From assembly GCF_009914755.1 (NCBI RefSeq), contig NC_060932.1: DNA of 64,000 nucleotides; one strand, written 5' to 3'. Made by a program: the position numbers and the translations under genes. This DNA comes from the human T2T-CHM13v2.0 reference genome, Homo sapiens. Below the pieces are notes generated by a model, which was not told where the DNA came from, did no database searches, and saw nothing but the letters and a program-made list of their open reading frames with translations. Positions 40,346-54,217 of the stretch are shown here, one piece after another (the stretch's first letter is position 1; the number at the start of each line of letters is the position of its first letter).

Positions 40346-43300
40346 GCTGAGATGGCTGTGTGGGGTAAATGAATATTTAACACCATCTTCTTTCTCAGAG
40401 TTCTAAATAAGGACTTTTGAAAACCATTCTTTAAAAAATCATCCTTTTAGTCATTGTTTTAATATTGAGGAAAATAATGCTATAGTCATATTCCTAAGGA
40501 ATGTCTAAAAATCTGATTGAGAATGCTGTGGTTCTTAAACCAGCTTTGAGCTTCATGGCATTCAAGGAAAACAGGAAACCGTATGTTGTTTGTAGCTCTC
40601 ACTGCCTGTTTGCAGGCACAGCAATTTATCATTCTTGAGGCAGGAATTATTAGTGGAAACTTATCACAGAATTGTTAATATAGCAATATAGAGACACTGA
40701 GCAACGTAACATAGCAGTTTCATTAAAAGTATGTAAATATACATTTGAATGTTTCTTATATTAGTCATCTTTGGTTTAAATTCAAGTTTGGATGTCAAAT
40801 TGTAGATTTCAGTTTCATTGTGTCCATAAACTTTCTTCTTTTGTCCAAGAAGTTTTTCACTTTTTAGATCTTTTTTTATTTCATTTTGAAAATTTGGTGT
40901 CCCCACATAAATACACAAAAGCAATTATTTTTTATTTACTTTCAAAACCTAAGTTATGGTTATTTTGATATGTGAATATAAAACATAAACTAATTCATAA
41001 GTACATACTGTAGAGGGATTTTTTAATGAGTTTTCCTATCATGCATTTTTATAGACTTTTAGATCAATCCTGCATCTATATAAAATATACTGGGTTGTGA
41101 ATAAACTAAACACAGATGTTTATTCTTACAAAATGGCCTAATGTCTATAGATCAAGACTTAAAGATCAAGAAGTAAAGAATATGTATAGATCAAGACTTA
41201 AAGTACCATCAATTATATGATACATTTGCAATTACTAAAGATTTTCTTGATAAGTGAGTTAGGTAAGGTATGGCCAAACTTGGGGCAGGGGACCTTGACA
41301 CTGAGATGAGATGAGCTTAATCAGTAGAAATTCTATAGAAAATGTAAGGATTGTAATTCTATAGAAAATTAATGGCTTTGCTGTCCCACAAAGACAATAA
41401 GCCCTATGTCATGCATCTGATGTAATATTAAATGTGATATATTTATATATTGATACAATGGGTTTAATTGAAATAATCTTGTGAGTATATCTGCATATTA
41501 AGTTTTCATTACAAAAGTTATTTTAATTTTAATAAAATGTAGAGGAGTTTCCTAAACTGTTAGCTTGCTACTTTTTTAAGGTTTTAAGCCTTTGTTTTAG
41601 ATTTTAAGTGAAACACTACCACACATGCCTCACATCTCTGAATTTGCAGGAGACCCTAATTTGTGCATTGCCTTAAGGTAATGCTTCTTTCTCAGTAGTT
41701 GGCAAAGTCACTGTGCCCTGTAACACAAGTGTTTCCTTTGAAATCTGAGCCTCGTGCATTTTCCCTATAACTACAAAGTCTATTCAGAATGGGTGAAGCA
41801 CAACACTTAAAATACCTGGAGTAATTGAATTGTAAGGAATGCAATACAGCTGCTTGCCATAGTGCATTTAATACCAGATGATTTAGTCACAAAAGCATCT
41901 CACACTCTTTCAGCACAGATTTATTTACTTATTTATTTCATTGACGTCTGGGAGAAAATTACATAGCTTTACAGATTTTATAATGAGTCATTATATTTGA
42001 AATTTGAATCTGATGTATTCTGAACTGTCCAGTGTGATATTTTCATAGACTAACAAACTATTGGGGTATCTTGGAAGTTAGGTTATTGCTGTAGTTAGGA
42101 TCACGTTGACAACTTTATCAGATTCTTGGATTGTAGTTTCTGATTTAAATAGGAAAACACAAAAGATTTGGGGAGGGATCGAAATAAGATGGATGATTTA
42201 CAAACCTGTTTTATTTCAGAAGTGGTAGCATAGTAAGAATTATATTTTAAAGCAGTATTTTTAAAAAGATAATTCTGTATGTCTTTGATTTTCTCAAATC
42301 ACTTCTGCATTCATGAGCTTGAAAAATTCCGGTGTTCCTGATAGCTGTGCAAAAAATTATATTTAGAAGTCTGTGCTTTATTTAAATGTTTTACCATCAT
42401 ATTTTCAGGACTAAACTGAAGAGAGGCCTGTTTTTAACTTTTTATTAAGATTATCTTCTTACTCAACTAAATGGAAAGTTTTATTGAAGGTTCTATGTTG
42501 TATTTATCTGTTATTAACAATATCAAAAATACTTCGAAGAAATTGAGCTCTGCTCTCATGGGCTTATAATTAGAAAATCTGAAATCTCCTTGGTTATCAC
42601 AAAACGGCTTCTCAAACAGCAGTTTGAGAACAGCTTTTGCTTCTTAGGTAATTGAGATGCTCTTCATTGTCATTTTAATTGTCATCAGATGCCTTTATTT
42701 GTCACCAGAAATGTTATTTTACAGCTAATTCTTATGGGATACTACAAGCAATACAGGGTATCATCTAAGAGACTGTGAAGTACAAACAATGGAATTGGAA
42801 AGCTAAGTCTTTTCGATTTAAGTACAAAAGAATTCGGAAAGACTTATTTCAGCTCCGTAATGTTAGAGATAAGGAAATAGAAACCAAACTTGATATAATC
42901 AAAGATATAAATTTGGAAATAATTTAAATGGGAAAGAGAACTCTTCCAGGGTGTTTCATGTATTTTATGGTTTGAGTCATTTGAACAATGCATACTTTTG
43001 TATCTGTCTGTATAATAAAAGAAGAAGAAAATTGATCACGAATGCCCTTGACTTATATAGGTCCAGAACACACAGCACTAAAGAAGGGGTATTTTCAGCA
43101 CCATTGAGCATAATTCTATCATTACTTCTGTCAGCCCTTGACTGCTCAGAACTGGGATAGGTAGGATTAGAGATATTGGAGTGCTTTTCTGAGTTAAGCA
43201 TGCACATTTATGTGTCTCTAAAGAAGGATGTTTGGGGAATTTATTGTTCAAAACTTATTGCAAATGCTAAGACAGTTTTAAAAATAATTTTATCATTATT

Positions 43301-43427
43301 TTCAGCTTTCACTAGTGGAAAGGTAAGACTTTAGAGCCTCCAGCCTAGATCCGGACTTCCAGCATAACTGCCTTTGCAATGCCACCATATTTCCATTAGA
43401 TTATTACTTTGCCAGAGAGAAATGCAT

Positions 43428-43710
43428 ACTTTATTTTGCTTTGTAGATTCAGGGGGTACAGGTGCAGGTTTGTTACATGGATATCTTGTATAATAGATAT
43501 CTTGGGCTTCTAGTGTGCCCATCATCCAAATAGTGAACATTGTACCCAATTACCAGTAGGTGATTTTTCATTCCTTATCCTTCCCATATTCCTCCCTTTT
43601 GGAGTCCCCAGTGCCTATTATTTTCCTCTGTATGTCCATGCATGTGCCCACTGTTTAACCCCCACTTATAAGTGAGAGCATGCAGTATTTGACTTTTTGT
43701 GTCTGAGCTA
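43428..43710 (-). mobile_element. L1 3' end (L1PB/L1MA type)
   Basis: GATTCAGGGGGTACAGGTGCAGGTTTGTTACATGG...CCCCACTTATAAGTGAGAGCATGCAGTATTTG. Confidence 0.85.
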
Positions 43711-45077
43711 ATGCAATTTTAAAAGTCCATATTGTGAATTATATCATGGGCCAGTATTTGTCATCTAATTAGGCTACTTAACGGTATAATAATCCAATTA
43801 GGAATTCTTTTTGGCATTTATCTTGGAAGTCCATTAAGGCTACATCAGTTTTGCAAAAAGTTGTACAACAAATTCAATCATTTCTATATTATCTATACTA
43901 TGTAAAATTTTTAGATGATTAATTACAATTGTTGCTATTTTCCAGTTTTTTTGAGAAAGGTTTATGTTATCTATTTAAGACATTTTTCTCAGCATGTCTT
44001 TAAAAGTCTCATTGTAGCTTCATCCAGTTTGGTGAAAGTTTCTACAGTAGCCAAAAATCTTGCAATCCTATTTCTTTATATAGGGACTAGCATTTAACAA
44101 TTATGAAGTTATGTAAGAGTTTCTAGTCAATAATTATTTCTGTGTAGCGGTTAGGGTGTTAAGCTATCCATGCTGGTCAACTTTTTATTAAAATTTCATT
44201 ATTTACTAATTTATTTTATTTATTGAGGAATCTAAAGAATTCTGTAAAACTACTTAACAAATTCAGTGTCATCCTGGTCTCTGTGGTAGACTAATTACAA
44301 CTTACCAAACAACTTTGTGGATAAATGAAGGCCCATCACCTCCACCCCACTAATCTTTGGGGGTAATTTATATGTGAAAGTCTGATTACACAAATTTGCA
44401 TCAAGCATATAATCTCATAAAACTTTATATCCTTTAATGTAATCCAAAACAATGCTAATTAATGCAAAACATTTAACATTAGATCTTCTTTGTGAAATTA
44501 ATGTTTGATATTTATTTGAAAAATAACACCTTCCATTTTAGTTTTTCATTAACATTCTTGAAACCTCAATTATCAGAAAATACTCTCTTCAGACAAATTC
44601 TTAGTTATTAATTATTGGTCTTCAACTCTTGTTTAATGTAGTACTATAATAATTTTGAAGTTATAAAGAGTAAACAAGCCCCAGGAAATGAATTTTCATA
44701 TTATGTAAATCTGGAAAGAGTATTAATTTACTATGGTCAAGAAGATATATTTGAAAATCCTTAAATCTTTTTAAGAGAAAAAAACTGTGTCAAAGAGAAT
44801 GAAAAAGTTGTATCACTAATTACTGTTTTTGCATAATATACAGTGATGCAACCTACTGGTAAGCAATACTGCTGGCCTAAATTACATTCTTGAATGATTT
44901 CCAGCTGTCATTGACTCTTATTCGAGCACCATAGCAGGTGTTCCAGTGGGAGCTCAACTCATGTTTCACAAAGGATAGCAAATTTTTATGTATCTAGATA
45001 GCTACATAATTTCTCATTTCTATGATATTTTAGTACTAAAGTTACTATGTATTTGTAGGTTTACCAGTTTTCAGTTA

Positions 45078-45492
45078 TTGTTTGTTTGTTTGTTTTTTTG
45101 AGACTGAGTCCCGCTCTGTCACCCAGGCTGGAGTGCAGTGGCGCGATCTTGGGATTACAGACGTGAACCATCGACTTTTTTTTTTTTTTTTTTTTTTTTA
45201 AAGAGACAAGTTCTTACATTGTGGCCCAGGCTAGAGTGCAGTAGTATGATCATAGCTCTCATAGCTCACTGCAGCCTCAAACTCCCTTGATCCTTACAAC
45301 TTAGCCTCCCAGCTTGTTGGGACTACAGGCACGTGACACCGTACCAGCTAAATTTTTCATTTTTTACTTTTTGTAAAGACAGGTCTCCACATATTGCCCA
45401 GGCTGGTCTGGAACTCCTGGCCTCAAGTGATCCTACCACCCTCGCCTCCCGCAAAGTGCTGGGAATATGGGCATGAGCCACTATACTTGGCC
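45078..45492 (-). mobile_element. Internally deleted Alu (45078-45175) abutting an AluJ (45176-45492)
   Basis: GAGACTGAGTCCCGCTCTGTC...GGCGCGATCTT is joined directly to GGGATTACAGACGTGAACC, followed by a T run and an AluJ body. Confidence 0.8.
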
Positions 45493-48400
45493 TGGTTTAA
45501 TTTTGAAAGTTATCTGTCAAAAAGTTTAAAATTTCTCATACACACACTTGAGATGAGAAAGCCTTCATGCTGAACTAGTTTAAAAATATCATTGGAGACA
45601 AAGAATGTCAATAGTATTCTAAATATTTCCTTAAGTAATAAAACTTCATTGAAGGCGTAACTATGCTCTAAGAAGGAACAACTTTCAGATGTAGTTGGGA
45701 AATAGAGTTGTTTTCATTTTTGCACACCTCAAGTGTATAGAAATGGGTACCCAAGTACTCATTTTATAGAGAAGTGGCAATTGTAGTGTGGTTTGTCTTT
45801 AAATTAGTGCTGGGTGAATAGTTCAGAGGAATTAAAAAAGAAGCTCTTTGGGCCATCTTGATTTAATTTGTAAACCTGATTTTAAATAGAAATGTGTAGG
45901 CACTAACCTACACTTAATGGGGTGGGTAGAACTTACTGGCAGTTTTAAAACGTGAAATAATATGTTGTAGCTTTAACAAATATGTACCATGCTTATTGTT
46001 AAGTCATGATAGAATTTCTTCCAATAAGTTTTTAAGACTTGATTTGTATTATTGAACTTGACCTAAACAGGTATGCTTTATTCGATTCTGTGAATAGATA
46101 ATTACTTTTAGTCACTAATATTAATATTGATAAAGAACTAAATTTTAGTTGCATGCCCCTCTGCTTCAGCACTTATATTAAAATACTGTATGCTATTATT
46201 TTAGCAATATTATAGTTTATTCAGTATGCTTTTCCCAGTATTTTTAATGGATTAAATAAAATCATAAGTCATACCTTAAATACAGCTTATGCATTGTATA
46301 TATTCAACATTGAATTTTAGTCCTCAAAGTGATCGGAGTTACCTTCTATTTCAGCTAACAAATTTACAAATAAGAAAAATTAGCTTAAAGTATTTGAATA
46401 ATATGTTTTACGTTTTATTCCGATTTCTATACAACAGAAATATAAGCAAACTTGAAACACTTAAATACACTGTAGTATATTAAACTAGTTAGGAACTAGT
46501 TGTATATCTTTTCTAAAAAGGATCCATTTTCAATTTCATAGGGAAAACTGACACCTAAGATTGTAGAATCGTGTGTGAAACAAGAGTAAATTGAACTTGA
46601 GTAGAGGCCATGAGGATTCTTCTAAGAGCTCAGCTGGATAGTCCTCACTTGAGGTGTCTCATGATTGCCCTGACTTGAGTTGCTGTCATCTGAGGGCTGG
46701 CAAACTCACAGGTCACATGCCTCGGCTGGAAGAACTCACATCTCTGGAGTTCTCTCCATATTTTCTTTCCAGCTACCTATTCATGGTAACTGGACTCCTA
46801 ATTCATTGGCTTAAGTCTGTCACGATGTGTCTTAACAGGAAAAAAAAAGAAAAAAAAAAGAAGCTTTGTTTCCTAACCTAGCTACCGAAGTCTCCCAGCC
46901 TCTTTCTGTTTATTAGAAGTGAGTCACTATTTAGCTCAAATTCAAGGGAAGAGGGGGGAATTCAACTCCACCTTTGGTGGAAAGGGTATTTTAAAACCAT
47001 CACAATTGTTTCAAAGCAATTATTTTTAGACTTCCAGGAACTGTTTCTATTTTTCCTCTGTTTTCTGGCTGCTCTTTGAATATGAGATTGATATATTAAA
47101 AAAAAAAAACCTACAGATAAGTGTAGTTATGTCCTATGTATAACTAGAGTACTCTGCAAGAATCTGATTTCCTGGATTGCAGACAATGATTTGTCCCCTA
47201 AGGACAACCTATGTCTTTAGGGACTCCATCTGGAAACCTGCTTACTTTTGAGAGACGATTACTTCTCCAACTTTCTAGATACAAAAGGAAATCAACATTT
47301 TGCCCATTTTCTGGGACTTCAACCAAATTCAGTGTTTCTTACTTAATTCTTCTTTGGACAAATAGTGACCACAACTTGAATTATACTTTTGTATAATAAA
47401 CATTATATATAATTATAAAATTAGGTCAAAGTTAAATGGTAAAGTTAATTAATAATATGCCTGTAATTGGCAAATAAAGTGCTTACCTGATAATACTTGT
47501 TTATAGCATTTGTTTCTGATGTCCATGTCTTAAAACCATTCATCTTGAATATTTGACACTAATTGAAAGTAAAATTAAAACTTTTATGAAAAGCAGCAAC
47601 TCTTGCTGCTCTTGTATTTTTAGTCGCATATACACTATTTTTGTATTTTTGCTAGAAAATTAAGATACACTAATGATGATAATAAACTTATTCTAATTTT
47701 GTATAAATTTCCCTTTGTGATTTGATCCATATTTCAGAGCCACAATGGAATGGGGAGGAATATTCACCAATGAAAAATTATATGAATGAATTAGGAATCT
47801 TCTTCTCCTCAAACATACATTTCTTTTTACATGCCTCTTTGTCCCTAGGGTGTTTTCCTTTTGGCGTATTGACATGATTAGATTCCCTGTATCCTTTAAA
47901 AATCAAAGCAAGTGAACAAATTCTCTCTAGACTCTGGCATCTCATCTATAGCTTCTGCCACATTTCTCTTCCTCTCTAAAGTATTGAGAAAGTAACTCAC
48001 ATTTGTTTTCTGTACTTCTTTCTTTCTCTTCACTTATTAATGCTCTGTGTTCTGATTTCTTCACCCATCATTGATCTGAAGTTGCTTTTAGTCATGAATT
48101 AGTACTTAGGAAATCTTGGTTTTCTGTCATTCACACTTGTTACCCATTCTCTACTCCCAAAAATATCTTCTCTCTCTCATTGCTTTATAATTTCATATTA
48201 ATTAGTTTTTCTGTAACCTCTTTTATCCTGTCTTGCCTGGCTTCTTTTGTTATCTTGTTAGAGTTTTTTCCTTTTAGATTTTGATAACCCCAGAATTTTC
48301 TTTTTTATTCGTCTTCTCATTCTATATAATATTCCCGAATAAATTTATCTCTGGGTGAATAACTTCAAGATTCATATCCTCAGAGCACATTTTTCCTCTG

Positions 48401-48621
48401 GACCCCCAGTCATGTAGTTCTGCTCTCTACTTGGCATATGTGCCCTCATACATCACCATTGAAATATGCATGGAAATACCTAGACACACACTTGTATTAC
48501 AACCATCTATTTCTCTTTCCCTATTTCCTTTCTTCCAATTTAGTAGTATCATCGGTCTTACCTTTTCTTTCGCTTACCACCTACTCCAGCCATTTATCAA
48601 GTTCTAGGAGTTTAAATTTCT

Positions 48622-48866
48622 TTTTTTTTGTATCTTTATTATTATTATTATTATACTTTAAGTTTTAGGGTACATGTGCACAATGTGCAGGTTAGTTACA
48701 TATGTATACATGTGCCATGCTGGTGTGCTGCACCCATTAACTCGTCATTTAGCATTAGGTATATCTCCTAATGCTATGCCTCCCCCCTCCCCCCACCCCA
48801 CAACAGTCCCCAGAGTGTGATGTTCCCCTTCCTGTGTCCATGTGTTCTCATTGTTCAATTCCCATC
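48622..48866 (-). mobile_element. Young L1PA 3' end (~245 bp)
   Basis: TTATACTTTAAGTTTTAGGGTACATGTGCACAATGTGCAGGTTAGTTACATATG... TSD TTTAAATTTCT at 48611-48621 and 48867-48877. Confidence 0.92.
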
Positions 48867-49244
48867 TTTAAATTTCTAAACATCATTTCACTGTCTACTC
48901 TTTTCAGCTTCATCACTGTCACTTGGGTTGTGTCCTCAGGTTCCATTCCCAGATTTGTTTTCCCGTTTTCGTAACATGCCCGGAGTCTGTAATTGTAGTG
49001 CTAAGATTGAACCTAGGTCTACCTAACTTGGTGTTTTTACCAGCACACATACTATACTGCATATTTTTCAAATTAATAAGTTGAATACTAAACCCAGGAC
49101 TTGGAAAATTATTTCAGTAATCATTTCACTAAAATAACTTAATCGGTGATTTAAATTATTTCTTTTTAAATTATTTTAAAAGAATTTGTCATTATTTAAT
49201 TTTAATTTTATGTCTACATATATTTTATGAGAATCAGATTTGTT

Positions 49245-49830
49245 AATCATTCATGTATTTAACAAGCATTTATTAATCACCTTGTCCAGATGATAGACAC
49301 TAGAAATAGACCAAAGATAGCAGCAGCACTGTCCCATTCAATTTACAGTCTCATGAAAAAGATAGATATGTAAGCAGATACTGATATTACAATGTAATAA
49401 GTGCTAAACAAAGGAATGTAACAAAGCCTTAGGAGTCCTAAAGGGATAGCTTACATCTAAGAGAATTGATACGATGTCACAGAAAAAGTATTTTATAAAG
49501 CTAGATTGTGAAGGAAGAAAGAGTAGGGACTTGTCTGACAAATAACTGGGAGAAGGTTGCTTAGGGAGGGGAAACAATGTCAGCAAGAGCAAGGACTTGT
49601 ATGCTTAATGATAGGGAAGAGTGGGACCCCGGACCTTGGACTTTATGTATATGGGGATTTGTTTTATGTGTTTAGACAGAGGAATCACTTCAGCATATTC
49701 GTGTTCACTTAAGTAATTGTAAAGACGTATGGGGCAATTTGGAGGGTTAAGAGGTAGAGACGGGGAGATTGATTTGGAGGCCAGTGCAAAAACTTAGATG
49801 ACTTTTGAGTCTGATGAGAATCCAGACTAT
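49245..49830 (+). mobile_element. L2 fragment
   Basis: CATTCATGTATTTAACAAGCATTTATTAATCACC start and GA-rich body. Confidence 0.55.
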
Positions 49831-49944
49831 GATGTTGACTTTGTAAAGAAAGAAAGAAGAAAATGTAAGAACTGCTCAACACTGTGTTCTGCAGAAGTGT
49901 CCAAATGCTACATGTGCACATTTTGCTTTTGTTTTAAACTGTAG

Positions 49945-50063
49945 ACATGGGATGTAGAGCTGGAAAGATCTGCAGAATCCTGGGCTGAAAGTTGCTTGTG
50001 GGAACATGGACCTGCAAGCTTGCTTCCATCAATTGGACAGAATTTGGGAGCACACTGGGGAAG
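49945..50063 (+). CDS. CRISPLD1: CRISPLD1 exon 3 (119 nt), CAP domain
   Basis: TGTAG|ACA...; [39 protein letters not shown](R); AG|GTATCT; phase 0 to 2. Confidence 0.96.
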
Positions 50064-50401
50064 GTATCTTAAAGCACAACTTTTTCTTTATGAAAAAATA
50101 AGTGTTTAAAATGAAGTCCTTATTAATTCATCAGTACAATTTTTCAAAGACTTGGTGCCTGAAAGAAAAGTAATCACGAAACAAGTAACAAAAAATAAAT
50201 GCCACACCAGAACAATCAGCAGTTTTTTAGACTTTAATGTAAATCATCAATTTATTAGTAATGTAAGGGGCATAAAAATTTAAGTTTAATAGTTTACGCC
50301 AAAGTGTCTTTCTACCAAATTATACCAATGTATTTTGCAATATTTAGTTTTGTATTTTCTCCAACTTTGCTTGCCCTCTGTGACTATTTTCTTTCTAATA
50401 G

Positions 50402-50534
50402 ATATAGGCCCCCGACGTTTCATGTACAATCGTGGTATGATGAAGTGAAAGACTTTAGCTACCCATATGAACATGAATGCAACCCATATTGTCCATTCAG
50501 GTGTTCTGGCCCTGTATGTACACATTATACACAG
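50402..50534 (+). CDS. CRISPLD1: CRISPLD1 exon 4 (133 nt), CAP domain
   Basis: AATAG|A; [44 protein letters not shown]; CAG|GTATGT; phase 2 to 0. Confidence 0.96.
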
Positions 50535-51498
50535 GTATGTTTGGGGGGTATTATACTTAATTCCCCCAAATTGAGTTAATGTAACTATGAAAGAAATTAG
50601 GCTAGTGAACTTGTCTTTCTTATTTAATATGGTTATTAAAAAAATTTATATGGATATTGATTATGTTGAATTGGCTTACAAAGTTCTATAAACAATGAAA
50701 ATAATTATCACACAAAAAAGTCCAAACATCTACTTAAAAAGACATTATTTCAGTGATTTTGCATATCAAACATTTTTAATATAGCCCCAGTAATATGGGG
50801 GGAAATTTACCATCTTCAATGTCAAAGTTTTATCTCAAGGAATAAAAATATAGTTTTATTTACCAATGACATTCAATATTTACATGTGCAACATATATAT
50901 ATATATTTATATTTCGTGTTCACAATTGGTATGTTCTAAACTTCCAAATCAAACAACTAAAGGCAGATTGATAAAGCTCACTGCTGATCAGACTTATTAT
51001 CAGTGAATATAAAGCAGATTGATTGTTCTGTATGCTTTTGCATGTGATAAGATTGACCAGCATCAAACTACCTGATAACCAGTGGCATGATGAAAAGATC
51101 ATGTTGTATAAGAAATCTGAACATGTAAATTTTTGCTCCAGTATTTGCTGTTTAGGATGTGATTTTCTGTTCCTTTGTCAGAAAAGTTTCTTCATAGAAA
51201 TGTTAATATGACATTAGGTTTGTGAGGATGTAACTTTTGAATTATTTACTAAATTTGCATTTGAAAATGCTTGCATTTTATAACCAGACACAGTTATTTT
51301 TCTGTAGCTCTGTTTTTAAAATTGAATTAGGTATTACTCAAGGTCTCAGGAAAAAGACCCTTTTTGATTTGATCTCAGTTCATTTTGAATGATAAACGTT
51401 GGCTTCTCACATTCAAATTTTATGCATTTTTCTCTCAGAAGTGTTGTCCTATTTCATTTCAGCCTGCTTTTTCTGAGCCTTTCATTTTTCTAACATAG

Positions 51499-51614
51499 GT
51501 CGTGTGGGCAACTAGTAACAGAATCGGTTGTGCCATTAATTTGTGTCATAACATGAACATCTGGGGGCAGATATGGCCCAAAGCTGTCTACCTGGTGTGC
51601 AATTACTCCCCAAA
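51499..51614 (+). CDS. CRISPLD1: CRISPLD1 exon 5 (116 nt), CAP signature motifs
   Basis: CATAG|GTC; [38 protein letters not shown](K); AA|GTGAGT; phase 0 to 2. Confidence 0.96.
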
Positions 51615-52323
51615 GTGAGTAGACAAAACACTACGTTCAGATGTACATTTTTCTTAACAAAATGAAAATACCTTTACGTTCCTGATTGTTCCCCATTTTC
51701 AGTGTGTATCACTGAAGTGTATTATTTTAATTCTGTTTATTTAATATGGCAACAATTGTAGTTGCCTAATGCATAAAATAAATGCATAAAGGGGGATATG
51801 AAATATGAAAGTATAATCTTTGTGAATATGGGAACCATATTTTTATGTCTTTGGTTTTACTCACTATACTATCCATAAATATTGAATAATTGTTATTTAT
51901 TAGAGATTAACAGCTATACATTAATTGAGAAATGTATTTTCATCTGTGTAAAGACCATTTAAGGGATTATGTTAACAATGTGACACAATCATATTTAGGG
52001 TCAAATTCAAGTTTAATAATGTGTTTTTATTAAAGTAAATGGAATATAGTGAATATTCCATGGCAGAGTTTGGCTTTCTGCAAAAGTTTGATTTTGTAAT
52101 TTTTAACAATATGTGTTATAAATTACTTTGTAAATTTTCAAAATGAGGCAGTAATTTATATTTAAACCTAGTAACCAGAAGGGCTCTATAATAAATTATA
52201 TGAATGTCTTAAATCTATACGCCAAAATAATTACTTAGAATGTTCATATATAGTGATGTTTCACAATGTTTTATAAATTATGCCATTAGACTACTTTTTA
52301 ATAGAGCGTATCATCTCTTAAAG

Positions 52324-52424
52324 GGGAAACTGGTGGGGCCATGCCCCTTACAAACATGGGCGGCCCTGTTCTGCTTGCCCACCTAGTTTTGGAGGGGGCT
52401 GTAGAGAAAATCTGTGCTACAAAG
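52324..52424 (+). CDS. CRISPLD1: CRISPLD1 exon 6 (101 nt), cysteine-rich hinge
   Basis: TAAAG|G; [33 protein letters not shown]; G|GTAAGT; phase 2 to 1. Confidence 0.95.
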
Positions 52425-54076
52425 GTAAGTGCTATTGTGTTGTGGTATTCATGTTGATTTATATTTTAATCCAGCTCCTGCATTACTTATGTTTAAAAAA
52501 GCCAGAAGTGCACTTAATGATCACACGAAAAGTATCTAGAACTCTATTTCAAATATTTTGAAGAAATCTTTTACAAATATTTATATTACTAATAAGTTTG
52601 TTATATGAAATTTTTAAAGTTCCATGGTTATTTCAGGTAACTATTTCTGATTCTACTTTGAAATTACCCCAGAATGACAAGTATATTTATATTCTTAAAA
52701 AGAGTCATCTTGATGTATGGTTGACTAGAGTTATTTCCATAACTGTCATCTTTTTTTAAAGGATTTAGCAATTTAACACAATTTATTTTTAGCGCTTTAA
52801 ACATTTTTAACAAAATACCCCTTTGTGTATCTTATTGAACCATGCTCAATGAATTATGTTGATTTTTCACTTCTCACTGCACACTATTCAATTTGTCATG
52901 CTAAAATAATAAGAAAAGTATAATAGTAACATAAAACTACTATAAAAGTAGTACTGTCAAATGCATTTGATATCTTAAAAAGTAAATATGGTGTCCTGTT
53001 TATAGCACATAAAGATAAACTGTTATGACAAAGCTTTGTGAAAAGTCATGCACTTGTGCATTCAAGTGAACATTTTTTACTGCCTTGTACTTTTTTCTTG
53101 ATGACTAAAAGAGGAATAATGTAGACGAAGTGTATTAGGAAATATTTGAACAATTGCAGCCCTTTTTTAGTGCTCATAATGACACGTGTCTTTTTTTCCC
53201 TTAATGATGCATTAACTAAAATGAGTAGACAAGAAGTGCCCATATATGTCCCTCTGTTGTGTAAGCCATTTTAAAATTCCTAGAAGCGTTTGCAGCATTT
53301 TTTCCTTGTGTGGGTGTTTTTCATATTCTCTGTGTCCAAACCTCCAACCTACCTGCCTCTTCCCCGGTGACCATTATCTTTTACTTAAAGCTGACTTTCT
53401 TGTGACTTCATACTTTTTTTTTAGGTTCTGAGTTCTTGGGCATGCATCAAAATTATACACCTCTCCAAAATGTGCCATTGTCAAGCCTTTGATAAAGGCC
53501 AGTCTGGAAATAAACATTAAATTCAAAGTTTGAAATTACTCTCCATACTCAAGTTTAAATTTCTGCATATTGAATTTTCTTCTAAAGGAAAAAAACTCTA
53601 TGGACATGGATTTTGTCATAAATAATAAGGGCATGTAAATCCTTCTTTAGGCCACATTTCCATTTGGGAGAAGTCTAAATGTGATCCTCCTGAAAATATT
53701 AAGAATATGATTTTAATTGAAAACAAATTTGATTTTGCTAAGCCATGACCTTATTAGATCACTGTGTAGATTTCATGGTGTCATTATGAAAATCAAACAA
53801 TGATATGTTGAAATATAAGCAAAGTTTAGAAGTGGCTTCATTGAATATTAGTCGAACATTAACATAAATGAATCAAGGACTTAAAGGCTTATGTGTGTTC
53901 ATTTATTCCACTGCAGTACCTAAGATCACCACCTTAAGCCAAAACCTGTGCAGAAAAACAGTACTGATTTTTCTAGTTCTAAATGTTAAATAGGAGTATT
54001 AAAGTATATTATTATTTGATAATTCATGCACATGTAAAATAGGGTTAATATTTCCTAAATCTGCTTTCTCTAACAG

Positions 54077-54217
54077 AAGGGTCAGACAGGTATTATCCCC
54101 CTCGAGAAGAGGAAACAAATGAAATAGAACGACAGCAGTCACAAGTCCATGACACCCATGTCCGGACAAGATCAGATGATAGTAGCAGAAATGAAGTCAT
54201 AAGCGCACAGCAAATGT
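54077..54217 (+). CDS. CRISPLD1: CRISPLD1 exon 7 (141 nt), polar linker
   Basis: AACAG|AA; EGSDRYYPPREEETNEIERQQSQVHDTHVRTRSDDSSRNEVISAQQM; T|GTAAGA; phase 1 to 1. Confidence 0.94.

Noticed and set aside
42609-42630. 9-bp stem TTCTCAAAC/GTTTGAGAA
   Set aside because: Short enough to be expected by chance.
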